DNA of 64,000 nucleotides from Candidatus Improbicoccus devescovinae (GTDB taxonomy: Bacteria > Bacillota > Clostridia > Oscillospirales > Acutalibacteraceae), in NCBI GenBank assembly GCA_036245095.1, contig BSWA01000002.1, forward strand, positions 2,691 to 66,690. Direction: 5' to 3'. The notes below the pieces were generated by a model. It had not been told where the DNA came from, did not search any database, and worked only from the letters and a program-made list of their open reading frames with translations. Shown piece after piece: positions 27,767 through 36,258 of the stretch. Both the position numbers and the translations under genes were made by a program. The stretch's first letter is position 1; each line of letters begins with the position of its first letter.

Positions 27767-29056
27767 ATGAGTTATATATTTTTAGCGGCGGTAGATTTTA
27801 TGAAATTTTTGAATAATAATATTAATAATATAAAAAAATCAATTATATTTAGTATTATTTTACTTAGTGGTATTATAGTATCGGTCAATTTTTTTATATG
27901 CAGAGAGATTCCGTCGGTATTTTATTCTGAAGAAAAAGCTGAGATAAATCTTGGCAATGTTTTTCAGATTTTACCTATAAAAATTGTTCCAAATTCGAAT
28001 TTAGACTCCGTAGAGGCGAATTCTAAATTTGACACGAAAAACAGTTATAAAGCAAATGTCACGTTATTTAATATTCCGTTAAAAAAAGTAACAGTACAAA
28101 TTTATGAAAGACCAAAAGTTTTTGTTTCTGGTATTCCGTATGTTATAAAAATATTTATGAATGGCGTAATGGTTGTAAATACAACATCAGTTTCGACTCA
28201 GAACGGCGAAATTAACCCTGCTCAAGAATGCGGCATAAAATCTGGAGATTTAATTACTCAAGCTAATGGGACTGCAATTAATACCAATGAAGATTTTGCG
28301 TACATGGTCGAGAATTGTTCTGGGATATTAAACTTAACAATCTCAAGAAAAAACTATTGTTTTCCTGTCAATTTATTTCCGGCTAAGACTTCTGATAACA
28401 AATACCGAGCCGGCCTATGGATAAGAGATAGCTCCGCCGGCATAGGAACTATGACATTTTTCGACAAAAATACGCATCAATTTGCTAGTTTAGGTCATGG
28501 CATACGAGACATTGACACCGAAGAACTCATACCTTTGGCGTATGGAGATATTCTAGAAGCTAAAATTAATTCAGTAATTAAGAGCGTGAACGGCCTAGCA
28601 GGCGAACTTCGTGGAAGCGTGAGTAATGACAAGCCAATCGGTGAACTCAAGCTGAATGACAATTCAGGAGTCTACGGGAATTATAATGAGACTGCAAATT
28701 CAACAAAACCGAATAATTTATCGGAAGTTGAGATTGCGTTCAAACAAGAGATTACAAGGGGCCCAGCTACTATGATTTCTACAATTAATGGTACTATACC
28801 TAAAAGTTATAATATAAACGTAGATGCCATAAAATTAAATAAATCGGATTCGACCAAAAACATCGTAATCAGTGTAACAGACGAAGAATTACTACAAAAC
28901 ACGGGAGGAATCGTCCAAGGGATGAGCGGGAGCCCTATAGTCCAAGGAAACAAACTTGTCGGAGCAGTGACTCATGTATGCGTCAACAATCCCGTGAAGG
29001 GCTATGGGATTTTAGCGGAAACTATGATGAAAAACTTACAAAGTACAAAAAAATGA
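27767..29056 (+). CDS. spoIVB: SpoIVB sporulation signalling serine peptidase (S55) with PDZ domain
   Basis: N-terminal TM segment, PDZ region (GIKSGDLITQANG), catalytic LGHGI and GMSGSPIV motifs. The start could be ATG 27800. Confidence 0.85.
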   Translation: MSYIFLAAVDFMKFLNNNINNIKKSIIFSIILLSGIIVSVNFFICREIPSVFYSEEKAEINLGNVFQILPIKIVPNSNLDSVEANSKFDTKNSYKANVTLFNIPLKKVTVQIYERPKVFVSGIPYVIKIFMNGVMVVNTTSVSTQNGEINPAQECGIKSGDLITQANGTAINTNEDFAYMVENCSGILNLTISRKNYCFPVNLFPAKTSDNKYRAGLWIRDSSAGIGTMTFFDKNTHQFASLGHGIRDIDTEELIPLAYGDILEAKINSVIKSVNGLAGELRGSVSNDKPIGELKLNDNSGVYGNYNETANSTKPNNLSEVEIAFKQEITRGPATMISTINGTIPKSYNINVDAIKLNKSDSTKNIVISVTDEELLQNTGGIVQGMSGSPIVQGNKLVGAVTHVCVNNPVKGYGILAETMMKNLQSTKK

Positions 29057-29189
29057 ATAAAACTCAATACCGAATTGGATTAGATGAAGCGGCTAATTTG
29101 CTCTGCCGACGATCAGATAAAATATTACAAATTTAAATTAACACGAATCCAACCAACTCATACTTTTAAAAAAATATTTTTTTAAAAGA

Positions 29190-29966
29190 TCAGGCTACAT
29201 TACATAATTTCGCATCAGCCTCCCGTCTGGCGATCCGAGCACGTTCGTTCGCCTCATCTCTTGCTTTTTCAAGGCGAGCTCTTTCAAGAGAACCAACAAA
29301 CTGCTGATCACTTAGATTTTTATCATAATCATAAAGATGGCTACTTGGTGCAACTTCAACAAAGGTTTCCCAAACGAGGTCTCGACGCCCAGATCGTTCA
29401 AGAGTTCCATTAGGAGAATATACGTCAAAAGTTCCTAAATATGCCGATGATATAATAAATTTACTACCAATTTCTCTAGAAATATCTTTAATAAAATTAA
29501 AAGTTTCAGTATAATTTACAATCAAATTTGTACGTTGATCACATTTTGCACCGACAAACATAATCGTACCATTACAACCCCGGGTCTGAGCAAATGCCTT
29601 AGAAAATATTCTATTTATATACTCCCTGCGGGTGTCACCGCACGGCAACGTCATATCAACTACAATTAACGTGATATGTGTACCTGGTAAAAGTTCAGCA
29701 ACTTTCTCAAAATAATACTTCCATCCAGGGGTATCATAAACCTTTAAGGAATAGTCTTTATATCCTTCTTGATAAAAACTAAAATCGTCTGTGGGATCTT
29801 CACAAACAAAATTATCATTTTTCAGCCTTTCAATAATTGCAGTTTTCCCTTCTGTTTTATCCCCTACAACAACAATTTTTACATATTTCACATGAGCCTG
29901 TATTTTTGAATAACCAAATATAAAACAGCTAAATAACACAACCAATAATTTACTGAGTTTAAACAT
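29190..29966 (-). CDS. signal-peptide-bearing Ras/Rab-like small GTPase with polybasic tail and C-terminal CNVA (CaaX-like)
   Basis: Signal peptide ..YSKIQA|HV, G1 VVVGDKTEGKT, G3 VYDTPG, G4 VGAKCD, G5 SSA. Tail ..RARIARREADAKLCNVA-stop. AAGGAAGG RBS. Confidence 0.7.
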   Translation of the reverse strand: MFKLSKLLVVLFSCFIFGYSKIQAHVKYVKIVVVGDKTEGKTAIIERLKNDNFVCEDPTDDFSFYQEGYKDYSLKVYDTPGWKYYFEKVAELLPGTHITLIVVDMTLPCGDTRREYINRIFSKAFAQTRGCNGTIMFVGAKCDQRTNLIVNYTETFNFIKDISREIGSKFIISSAYLGTFDVYSPNGTLERSGRRDLVWETFVEVAPSSHLYDYDKNLSDQQFVGSLERARLEKARDEANERARIARREADAKLCNVA

Positions 29967-30050
29967 AAATTTAACCCTTCCTTATAAATATTTTATTTTT
30001 TGCTTTTTTAAATAATAATATAGTGCTACCGCCAATTATGGTCCCTAAAG

Positions 30051-30842
30051 CTAAGCAACTCCACAAGAACCATCTGCCGGGAGGTTTTTTTTTACGTGGC
30101 TTTGCTCAGGGCCTATATATTGTGTTTGCGGAAAATTCAATATATCTACAGCCACACTGTATCCTTTAGAAATAACCCCCATAATCCTCCCGGGGTTGCC
30201 TGAATAGGTTCGTTGCCAACTATTATCGTGGGTTGGTGGATAATATTTCGATGGATATCCATGGGTATGTTCAAGCTGCACCGTTGTATTCTTCAATTCA
30301 AAAAACGCTTGTACTCTTGCTGATTCTTCGGGATCTTTGCTTTCAAAATCCAAAGCTTCTTTATCAAAATTCCAAAAGTCCAAAACATTAGACCAACGAA
30401 ATCCTGCAAACCAATAAATAACATCTGTTATAACACATTTTGCACGCGGAGTTATGCCTTTTAATCTTGGATCGTCTGTATCATAAAAAATCGCTGCCAT
30501 AAACGCATTTTGCACAACCGCTTGAGCCCTCGGCCCAAGTTCCTGTTCTTCAAAAATCTCAAATCTAATATGCAATTTTGCTCCATTAGGCCAATTTATA
30601 ATAGCTTCTGGAGTACTAGGATTTTCTTGAACAAATTTTTTCCCGAAATCACCTTTTCCATATGTTGATACATTAAACTCGCGTTCAGACAACAAACCAA
30701 CATGGGCTTGTACTCGTGGACGATCTCCATTAGCGCAAATCAAAACCATGGTACCGCTGTATTCTCCTGGCTGCACAGCTCTCGTGCTTGGAATATTAAA
30801 AAACAAACAAAACGCCAAAATGATAGCAAGCTTTTTATTCAA
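30051..30842 (-). CDS. secreted protein of unknown function ending in CGVA (CaaX-like)
   Basis: TTG start 8 nt after CAGGAGGG. Signal peptide MNKKLAIILAFCLFFNIPSTRA|VQ. Last residues ..PADGSCGVA-stop. No P-loop. Confidence 0.65.
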   Translation of the reverse strand: MNKKLAIILAFCLFFNIPSTRAVQPGEYSGTMVLICANGDRPRVQAHVGLLSEREFNVSTYGKGDFGKKFVQENPSTPEAIINWPNGAKLHIRFEIFEEQELGPRAQAVVQNAFMAAIFYDTDDPRLKGITPRAKCVITDVIYWFAGFRWSNVLDFWNFDKEALDFESKDPEESARVQAFFELKNTTVQLEHTHGYPSKYYPPTHDNSWQRTYSGNPGRIMGVISKGYSVAVDILNFPQTQYIGPEQSHVKKNLPADGSCGVA

Positions 30843-30960
30843 AATTTTAACCCTCCTGTATTTAATATAACTAATTAAGTATACCCATTATTATCACCTG
30901 TGAATATTTATACCAGATAAATTTTAAAAAACAACCCCTTATTTTTTATAAATTTTAAAT

Positions 30961-31100
30961 TAGACCTATTCTAAAACTGAATTATTTTTGCAAATTTTAA
31001 GGAGCACAGAAACGTGCAACATACTGGCTGTATGTGGGCAGTTTTGAGTACCACATTGATGGTGAAATTTACAAAAATAATTCAGTTTTAGGACAGGTTT
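30961..31100. mobile_element. MITE copy (about 140 bp)
   Basis: TAGACCTATTCTAAAACTGAATTATTTTTGCAAATTT ... AAATTTACAAAAATAATTCAGTTTTAGGACAGGT. Conserved core GAGCACAGAAACGTG..TGTATGTG.GCAG. Confidence 0.8.
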
Positions 31101-31323
31101 TTTCAATTCAACTTTATTATACAACATTCTTAAATATTTTGTGATAATGCAAAAAATAGTTTAGACTTTGGAATTAGAAAATTTATTTATTTTGTACAAA
31201 ATATATAAAAAAATATGTCTAATTAATCGATTTTTTGTTTTATATGTTGCAAATATATATAAATATTATAGAATGTCGTCACTGTTGAGAAATATTATGT
31301 ATTTTTTTGTAAGGAGTGTGACT

Positions 31324-33594
31324 ATGTTTATGAAAATTCTCAAAAAAACTCTTGTGTATTTTATGGTAGTAAGTTTTGTGTTATTTAATTTTTTTGGAGT
31401 CGTTTTGTCAGCCGGAACTACTGTTAGCCGGCAAACAAGTGTTGCTGAACCAGGGTCGGGCATGGCTGTTTATTTAAGTAATATATTTAAAAAAACTGAC
31501 GAAGGAGGGATAGCTATAGGTGGTTCTGATCCTGATGCAGAAACAACTAGGCAAACAAAAGCAACAAAAGCGACAAAAGACTCATCGACGGCAATCTCAA
31601 CATCGAAAGTTTTTTTCGGTGGCAATGAATACTGGGTTGTATCGAATGAAGAAGAAACTGGTGAATCAACAAATACAACAAATAATTATTTGTATTTATT
31701 AGCTGCTCGGCCCTATGTAAGTTTTCCGTTTTATCCGGACCCGGTCGAGTCAAGTCGGCAAGTAAGAACTGAAGAGCAAATTAAACCTAGAAATAGTTAT
31801 AATTATGGCAATAAACTAAGTTCTATTTGTAAATATTTTACAGATAAAGCGAGCACAGTCGGGCCTGACAGTGAAAATGGCGATGTAACACGACCAAGCA
31901 CGGAGGCTGTCCCGCCAGGATACAACGCAGCTGATTGGTCGGGATCAAAACTAATAGGCGATGCGTTGAAAAGCTTTACCGGCCAAGATCTTAAAAATTT
32001 CTATCTTGATTTTTTTAAAAATAACCGAGACCGTGATTGGAATTTAGCAATAGACACTGCGGTGAAAACCAATATGTATCCGGCGTCTAATGATACTGAT
32101 CTAAATTTTACCACGCCGTCGACAACAACTTATGAAGGGAAATTTTGGCTCCCAAGTGTTTTAAAAGGAACTAACGATTCTTACTCATTAAGTATAGACC
32201 CAAATAATGATGGTGACTTTAAACCAGATCTAAGAGCAAACATAAGTACTGAAAATACAAATTTGTCAATCCCGCGTGCCTACTGGTCTTCAACTGCAGG
32301 AAGAACAAGAACTCAAAGTAGTGATCGGGCTTCTAATCATGCGTTATATAATAAATCTGCCCAAAATCCTAACAGCATTGGAGACGTTAAAGTTGGCATG
32401 TTGCAAGACGTGTTCCCTGCCTGTAGAATTAACTTGGCTGATGTAGTTTATGCAGATTCACTAGATTCAGATTCTAAGGTAAATACCGAAAACTTTAGCA
32501 TCAAAACTCCTAGCGACGGCTTGGCCGAATTGACGGAAGATTCCGCAGAAAATGTGAATAAAAACGTAGTTTTGACTGTGAAATCCGAAGATGTTACGAG
32601 TAAGACCAATGCGATAGAAAGTTCATTGGATGAAACAGGGGCATTAATTATAACACCGGTTACATCCACATTAAAGACAAACGAATATCTTGGGTTAATA
32701 ATTGATTCGGGTAGCAAAATCGCATTTATAAATGGTAATTTATACAAATCTTCAGATAGCACAAAGTATACAATCCCGAGCGAAATTTTAGATAAATTTG
32801 GTGAAAATATAAAAATACAAATTCATGCCTGTGAAGATAATACAAATTCAATGTATGCTTCAGAAACGGGTTCTGAAACCCGAAAACGAGATGCTGAAAC
32901 TTATGAAGTAGATGATTATAAAATTCGTTATGCAAGACATCTGGCAGACATAGAATTAGCTGAAGATACCTCAATTGGCGAAAGTTCTGATTATGCAGAA
33001 AGTGAGGAAAGTAATATTGACGAATATACTTTTAATAAAACAGATCCAGCAAGCGGAGTAATTGTAAAATCAAAAGGCTTCCCATCGGATTCCTTATTAA
33101 ATGTAACAACAGCTACGAAAGCCGACCAATTAAGTGAATATTTTGAATTTGTCAAAAATAATATAGACAATCCAGAACACGTTGAAAATTATACAATATA
33201 CAGTATTGCAGTTCAAATAAAAAAAGCAACAACCGGCGACTCTGATTCTATTGAATATGAAAACGTAGGAAATTTTGAATCAACCTATGGAGAAGCAGAG
33301 GTATGGCTTCCAGTTCCTGAAGGCTATACAAAATCGAATCTGCAAGCCCGATTTATATCAACCGAGGAAGACACAGTCAAACCCGGGACCATTGAAAAAA
33401 TAGGAGACAAAGAATATTATGTATTTAAAACCACGCATTTCAGCCCATATGGACTTCTAGACTTAAAAGATTCCTATTATTACCCACAGACAGGCCAAAA
33501 ACTAATTGGGACATATTTAATAACAGCCACTTCCACGTTAATGGCCACTTTAGTAATTTTAACCAAAAACAGAACTAAAAAAAGAGTATTTTAA
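31324..33594 (+). CDS. sortase-anchored surface protein (PQTG sorting signal)
   Basis: AAGGAG RBS and ATG 31324 (MFMKILKK..., signal peptide). C-terminus YPQTGQ + hydrophobic LIGTYLITATSTLMATLVIL + KNRTKKRVF. The track ORF begins upstream at 31168. Confidence 0.8.
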   Translation: MFMKILKKTLVYFMVVSFVLFNFFGVVLSAGTTVSRQTSVAEPGSGMAVYLSNIFKKTDEGGIAIGGSDPDAETTRQTKATKATKDSSTAISTSKVFFGGNEYWVVSNEEETGESTNTTNNYLYLLAARPYVSFPFYPDPVESSRQVRTEEQIKPRNSYNYGNKLSSICKYFTDKASTVGPDSENGDVTRPSTEAVPPGYNAADWSGSKLIGDALKSFTGQDLKNFYLDFFKNNRDRDWNLAIDTAVKTNMYPASNDTDLNFTTPSTTTYEGKFWLPSVLKGTNDSYSLSIDPNNDGDFKPDLRANISTENTNLSIPRAYWSSTAGRTRTQSSDRASNHALYNKSAQNPNSIGDVKVGMLQDVFPACRINLADVVYADSLDSDSKVNTENFSIKTPSDGLAELTEDSAENVNKNVVLTVKSEDVTSKTNAIESSLDETGALIITPVTSTLKTNEYLGLIIDSGSKIAFINGNLYKSSDSTKYTIPSEILDKFGENIKIQIHACEDNTNSMYASETGSETRKRDAETYEVDDYKIRYARHLADIELAEDTSIGESSDYAESEESNIDEYTFNKTDPASGVIVKSKGFPSDSLLNVTTATKADQLSEYFEFVKNNIDNPEHVENYTIYSIAVQIKKATTGDSDSIEYENVGNFESTYGEAEVWLPVPEGYTKSNLQARFISTEEDTVKPGTIEKIGDKEYYVFKTTHFSPYGLLDLKDSYYYPQTGQKLIGTYLITATSTLMATLVILTKNRTKKRVF

Positions 33595-33624
33595 TTACAA
33601 ATTACTCAAAATTTAAATCTAACA

Positions 33625-33661
33625 CTTGAGAGCATTTAGAATTAGCTCTCAAGTTTTTTTA
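33625..33661 (+). terminator. rho-independent terminator after the surface-protein gene
   Basis: CTTGAGAGC (11-nt loop) GCTCTCAAG followed by T8. Confidence 0.7.
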
Positions 33662-33843
33662 TTTAATTTATTTCGGAACTAAAATGGTTTTACATTTTTG
33701 GCCAGGTCTATTTGCGTGAAATTTACCTAAAAATTTATGTTATAAAATTTGTGAAAATTTATATGAAAATTAAAAAAATGTTTAATTTAAAAAATAAATT
33801 ATTATAATACTAAGTATATATGATTTCGGAGGCGGTTTAGCTC

Positions 33844-35265
33844 ATGGAATACGAACTTGTTTGTGGTTTGGAAACTCATATCGAGCTTTCAACGAATACT
33901 AAAATATTTTGTAATTGTAGTACTAAATTTGGAGGAGAGCCTAATACTAGTTGTTGTCCGATATGCTTAGGTATGCCTGGTTCATTACCGACGCTTAATA
34001 AAAATGTAATAAAATATGCAATTATGATGGGTTGCGCGCTGGATTGTAAAATAAATTTGCGGTCTAAAATGGAAAGGAAAAATTATGTGTATCCAGACTT
34101 GCCTAAAGCGTATCAGATTTCTCAATTTGAGGCCCCTATTTGTACCGGAGGATACGTTTTGCTTTCGAACGGACGTAAAATACGAATTAATCATATTCAT
34201 ATGGAAGAAGATGCTGGTAAAATTGTGCATAAAAATAACAGTTTTTTTATTGATTATAACAGAGGTGGCGTGCCATTGTTAGAAATCGTGAGCGAACCCG
34301 ATATTAGAAGTTCTGAGGAAGTTAAAGAATATGTTGAAATTTTACGGTCGATATCGCGGTATTTGGGTATTTCTGACGGAAGAATGCAAGAAGGTTCTTT
34401 GCGTTGCGATGTTAATATTTCTGTTCGCGAAAAAGGTAGTCAAGATTATGGAGTCAGAATAGAAATTAAAAATATGAATTCTATAAATTTCATAGCAAAC
34501 GCGCTTGAAAGCGAGTTTGAAAGGCAAATTCAGGTTTTAAATTCGCGGGGTAAATTGGTTCAGGAAACTAGAAAATATAACGAGAATACTAATAAAACTG
34601 AAAGTATGCGTGAAAAAGAAGATGCTATGGATTATCGTTATTTTGTTGAACCTGATATAAAAGAAATAGAATTAGATGATGTTTTTATTAAAAATATACA
34701 AAAAGAGCTTCCGGTTTTACCTAATGTTCGGTTGAATTATTATAAAAATGAATTAAATATCCCAGAAAAAATTTCTAAAATTTTAGTTAAATATGTGAAA
34801 ATTTCTGATTTTTTAAATCATGCTTTGAAAACATGTGAGCATCCTATTATTGCAGCAAATTTTATAACTGGCACTATTTTTTCGTGTCTGGAAACCGAAA
34901 ATGAACGAGAAGAATTTAATATATTTATATCACCAGAAGATTTCGCATATTTTGTGAATTTATCAGCAAATTCGACAATGGATCAAGGTAATTTTAAAAA
35001 AATATTAAAAGTATCGTTAGAAGAAAACAAAAATTTAAGAAAATTAATCGACGATTATTTATCTTCGGCCCAAAAATATGATATAAACGATGTCTGTGAG
35101 CAAGTTATAGCTAATAACAAAAAAGCAGTTTCAGATTATATAAACGGCACAGATAATGCGTTCCAGGCAATTTTAGGCGCTGCCATGCGAATTACTAAAG
35201 GCCAAATAGATGCATCGCAAATTACACAAGCTTTAAGAAAAAAATTAACAAGAATCAACTCATGA
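33844..35265 (+). CDS. gatB: Asp/Glu-tRNA(Asn/Gln) amidotransferase subunit B
   Basis: YELVCGLETHIELST, CPICLGMPGSLP, NRGGVPLLEIVSEPD. 473 aa. Confidence 0.95.
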   Translation: MEYELVCGLETHIELSTNTKIFCNCSTKFGGEPNTSCCPICLGMPGSLPTLNKNVIKYAIMMGCALDCKINLRSKMERKNYVYPDLPKAYQISQFEAPICTGGYVLLSNGRKIRINHIHMEEDAGKIVHKNNSFFIDYNRGGVPLLEIVSEPDIRSSEEVKEYVEILRSISRYLGISDGRMQEGSLRCDVNISVREKGSQDYGVRIEIKNMNSINFIANALESEFERQIQVLNSRGKLVQETRKYNENTNKTESMREKEDAMDYRYFVEPDIKEIELDDVFIKNIQKELPVLPNVRLNYYKNELNIPEKISKILVKYVKISDFLNHALKTCEHPIIAANFITGTIFSCLETENEREEFNIFISPEDFAYFVNLSANSTMDQGNFKKILKVSLEENKNLRKLIDDYLSSAQKYDINDVCEQVIANNKKAVSDYINGTDNAFQAILGAAMRITKGQIDASQITQALRKKLTRINS

Positions 35266-35349
35266 TTCTCAAAAATATGGTTAAAATTAATAATTAAGTA
35301 AGCAAATTCGACTTATTGGATTTATTATGTTTATTCGACATATTTCCCC

Positions 35350-35378
35350 TTGACTTTGGCATATAATACTCACATAAT
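35350..35378 (+). promoter_or_regulatory. sigma-A-type promoter candidate for the 259-aa / 1378-aa gene pair
   Basis: TTGACT, 17 nt, CATAAT, 25 nt upstream of ATG 35403. Confidence 0.4.
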
Positions 35379-35402
35379 TAAAATATAGGAAGTGAATAAG
35401 AT

Positions 35403-36182
35403 ATGTCGCTTTTAGGATCAATTGTTTCAAATTATAGAACCAGTGTATTATATGATTTTAGTTTAGTAGTTAAAGCCAATATATTTATATTGAAGGTAGT
35501 AGAAAAAGATGTAACCGATTTGTTTACTAAGGGGCCATTTGGTTGGAGCGTTAAAGAAGCATTACCATTGCAATTAAATCCAACAAGTATAAAGCGTAAT
35601 CGAGGTTCACAGATGAAATCCGCGGATGATAGTAAAAAAGGCTTAAGGTCGTTTGATGGTCCTGCTGTTACAACACCTGATAATTATGTATTACTGTTCC
35701 CCGATAGAGCCCAAAAAGCTGAGGATCTTGAATTGGACTTAACATTTGACATATATGATGAATATAATATGCGAACTATGAATGGCACTATTCCTCTTGA
35801 TATATCTTTAGCTGATCCAGATGTAGTGATTATTGAACACTTATTTTTATATGCAAATACGAATAACTACTGGGCATTATTCAAATGGGGCCCGTTAGTT
35901 TATTTTGGAAAAATTAGAAGAGTAAACTTTGAATATACTACATTTTCTGCTTATGGTGAACCATTAAAAGGCAAGGGAAGTCTTTCGATAGAAAAACAAT
36001 CCCTGGGAACGGACGATGATGGGACAGAGCTAGAACCAGGATTACGTACGTTGGGAGCAGTTCCGTGGGCGGAAATAACTGGTTACACGAAAGCTCAAAC
36101 AGCTTTAGTTGTAGGTATGCGCATAGCAGAAGAAGCAGCAGCATTAACAGTTCCGACAATTTTACGTACAATTGGGAATTAG
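35403..36182 (+). CDS. contractile-injection-system / phage tail tube-like protein (orphan)
   Basis: Motif string LQLNPTSIKRNRG ... LELDLTFDIYDEY ... DVVIIEHLF ... ALFKWGPLVYFGKIRRVNFEYTTFSAYGEPLKGKGSLSIEKQ. This resembles the F-x-F-N-P ... L-F-F-D ... F-x-W-G ... F-x-G ... F-T-x-F ... G-x-P-x-R-A pattern of CIS tube/tube-initiator domains. Confidence 0.45.
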   Translation: MSLLGSIVSNYRTSVLYDFSLVVKANIFILKVVEKDVTDLFTKGPFGWSVKEALPLQLNPTSIKRNRGSQMKSADDSKKGLRSFDGPAVTTPDNYVLLFPDRAQKAEDLELDLTFDIYDEYNMRTMNGTIPLDISLADPDVVIIEHLFLYANTNNYWALFKWGPLVYFGKIRRVNFEYTTFSAYGEPLKGKGSLSIEKQSLGTDDDGTELEPGLRTLGAVPWAEITGYTKAQTALVVGMRIAEEAAALTVPTILRTIGN

Positions 36183-36258
36183 TTCTGTTATTTATATATG
36201 TTTAATTTGGCATGTTTAGATATAAAAAAATGAACATATATAATTAGGAGTTGATAAA

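Noticed and set aside
29161-29190. Perfect AT-only palindrome CTTTTAAAAAAATATTTTTTTAAAAG between the convergent spoIVB and GTPase genes, as a bidirectional terminator
   Set aside because: The stem contains almost only A-T pairs, so its stability is doubtful. It is noted but not called as a terminator.
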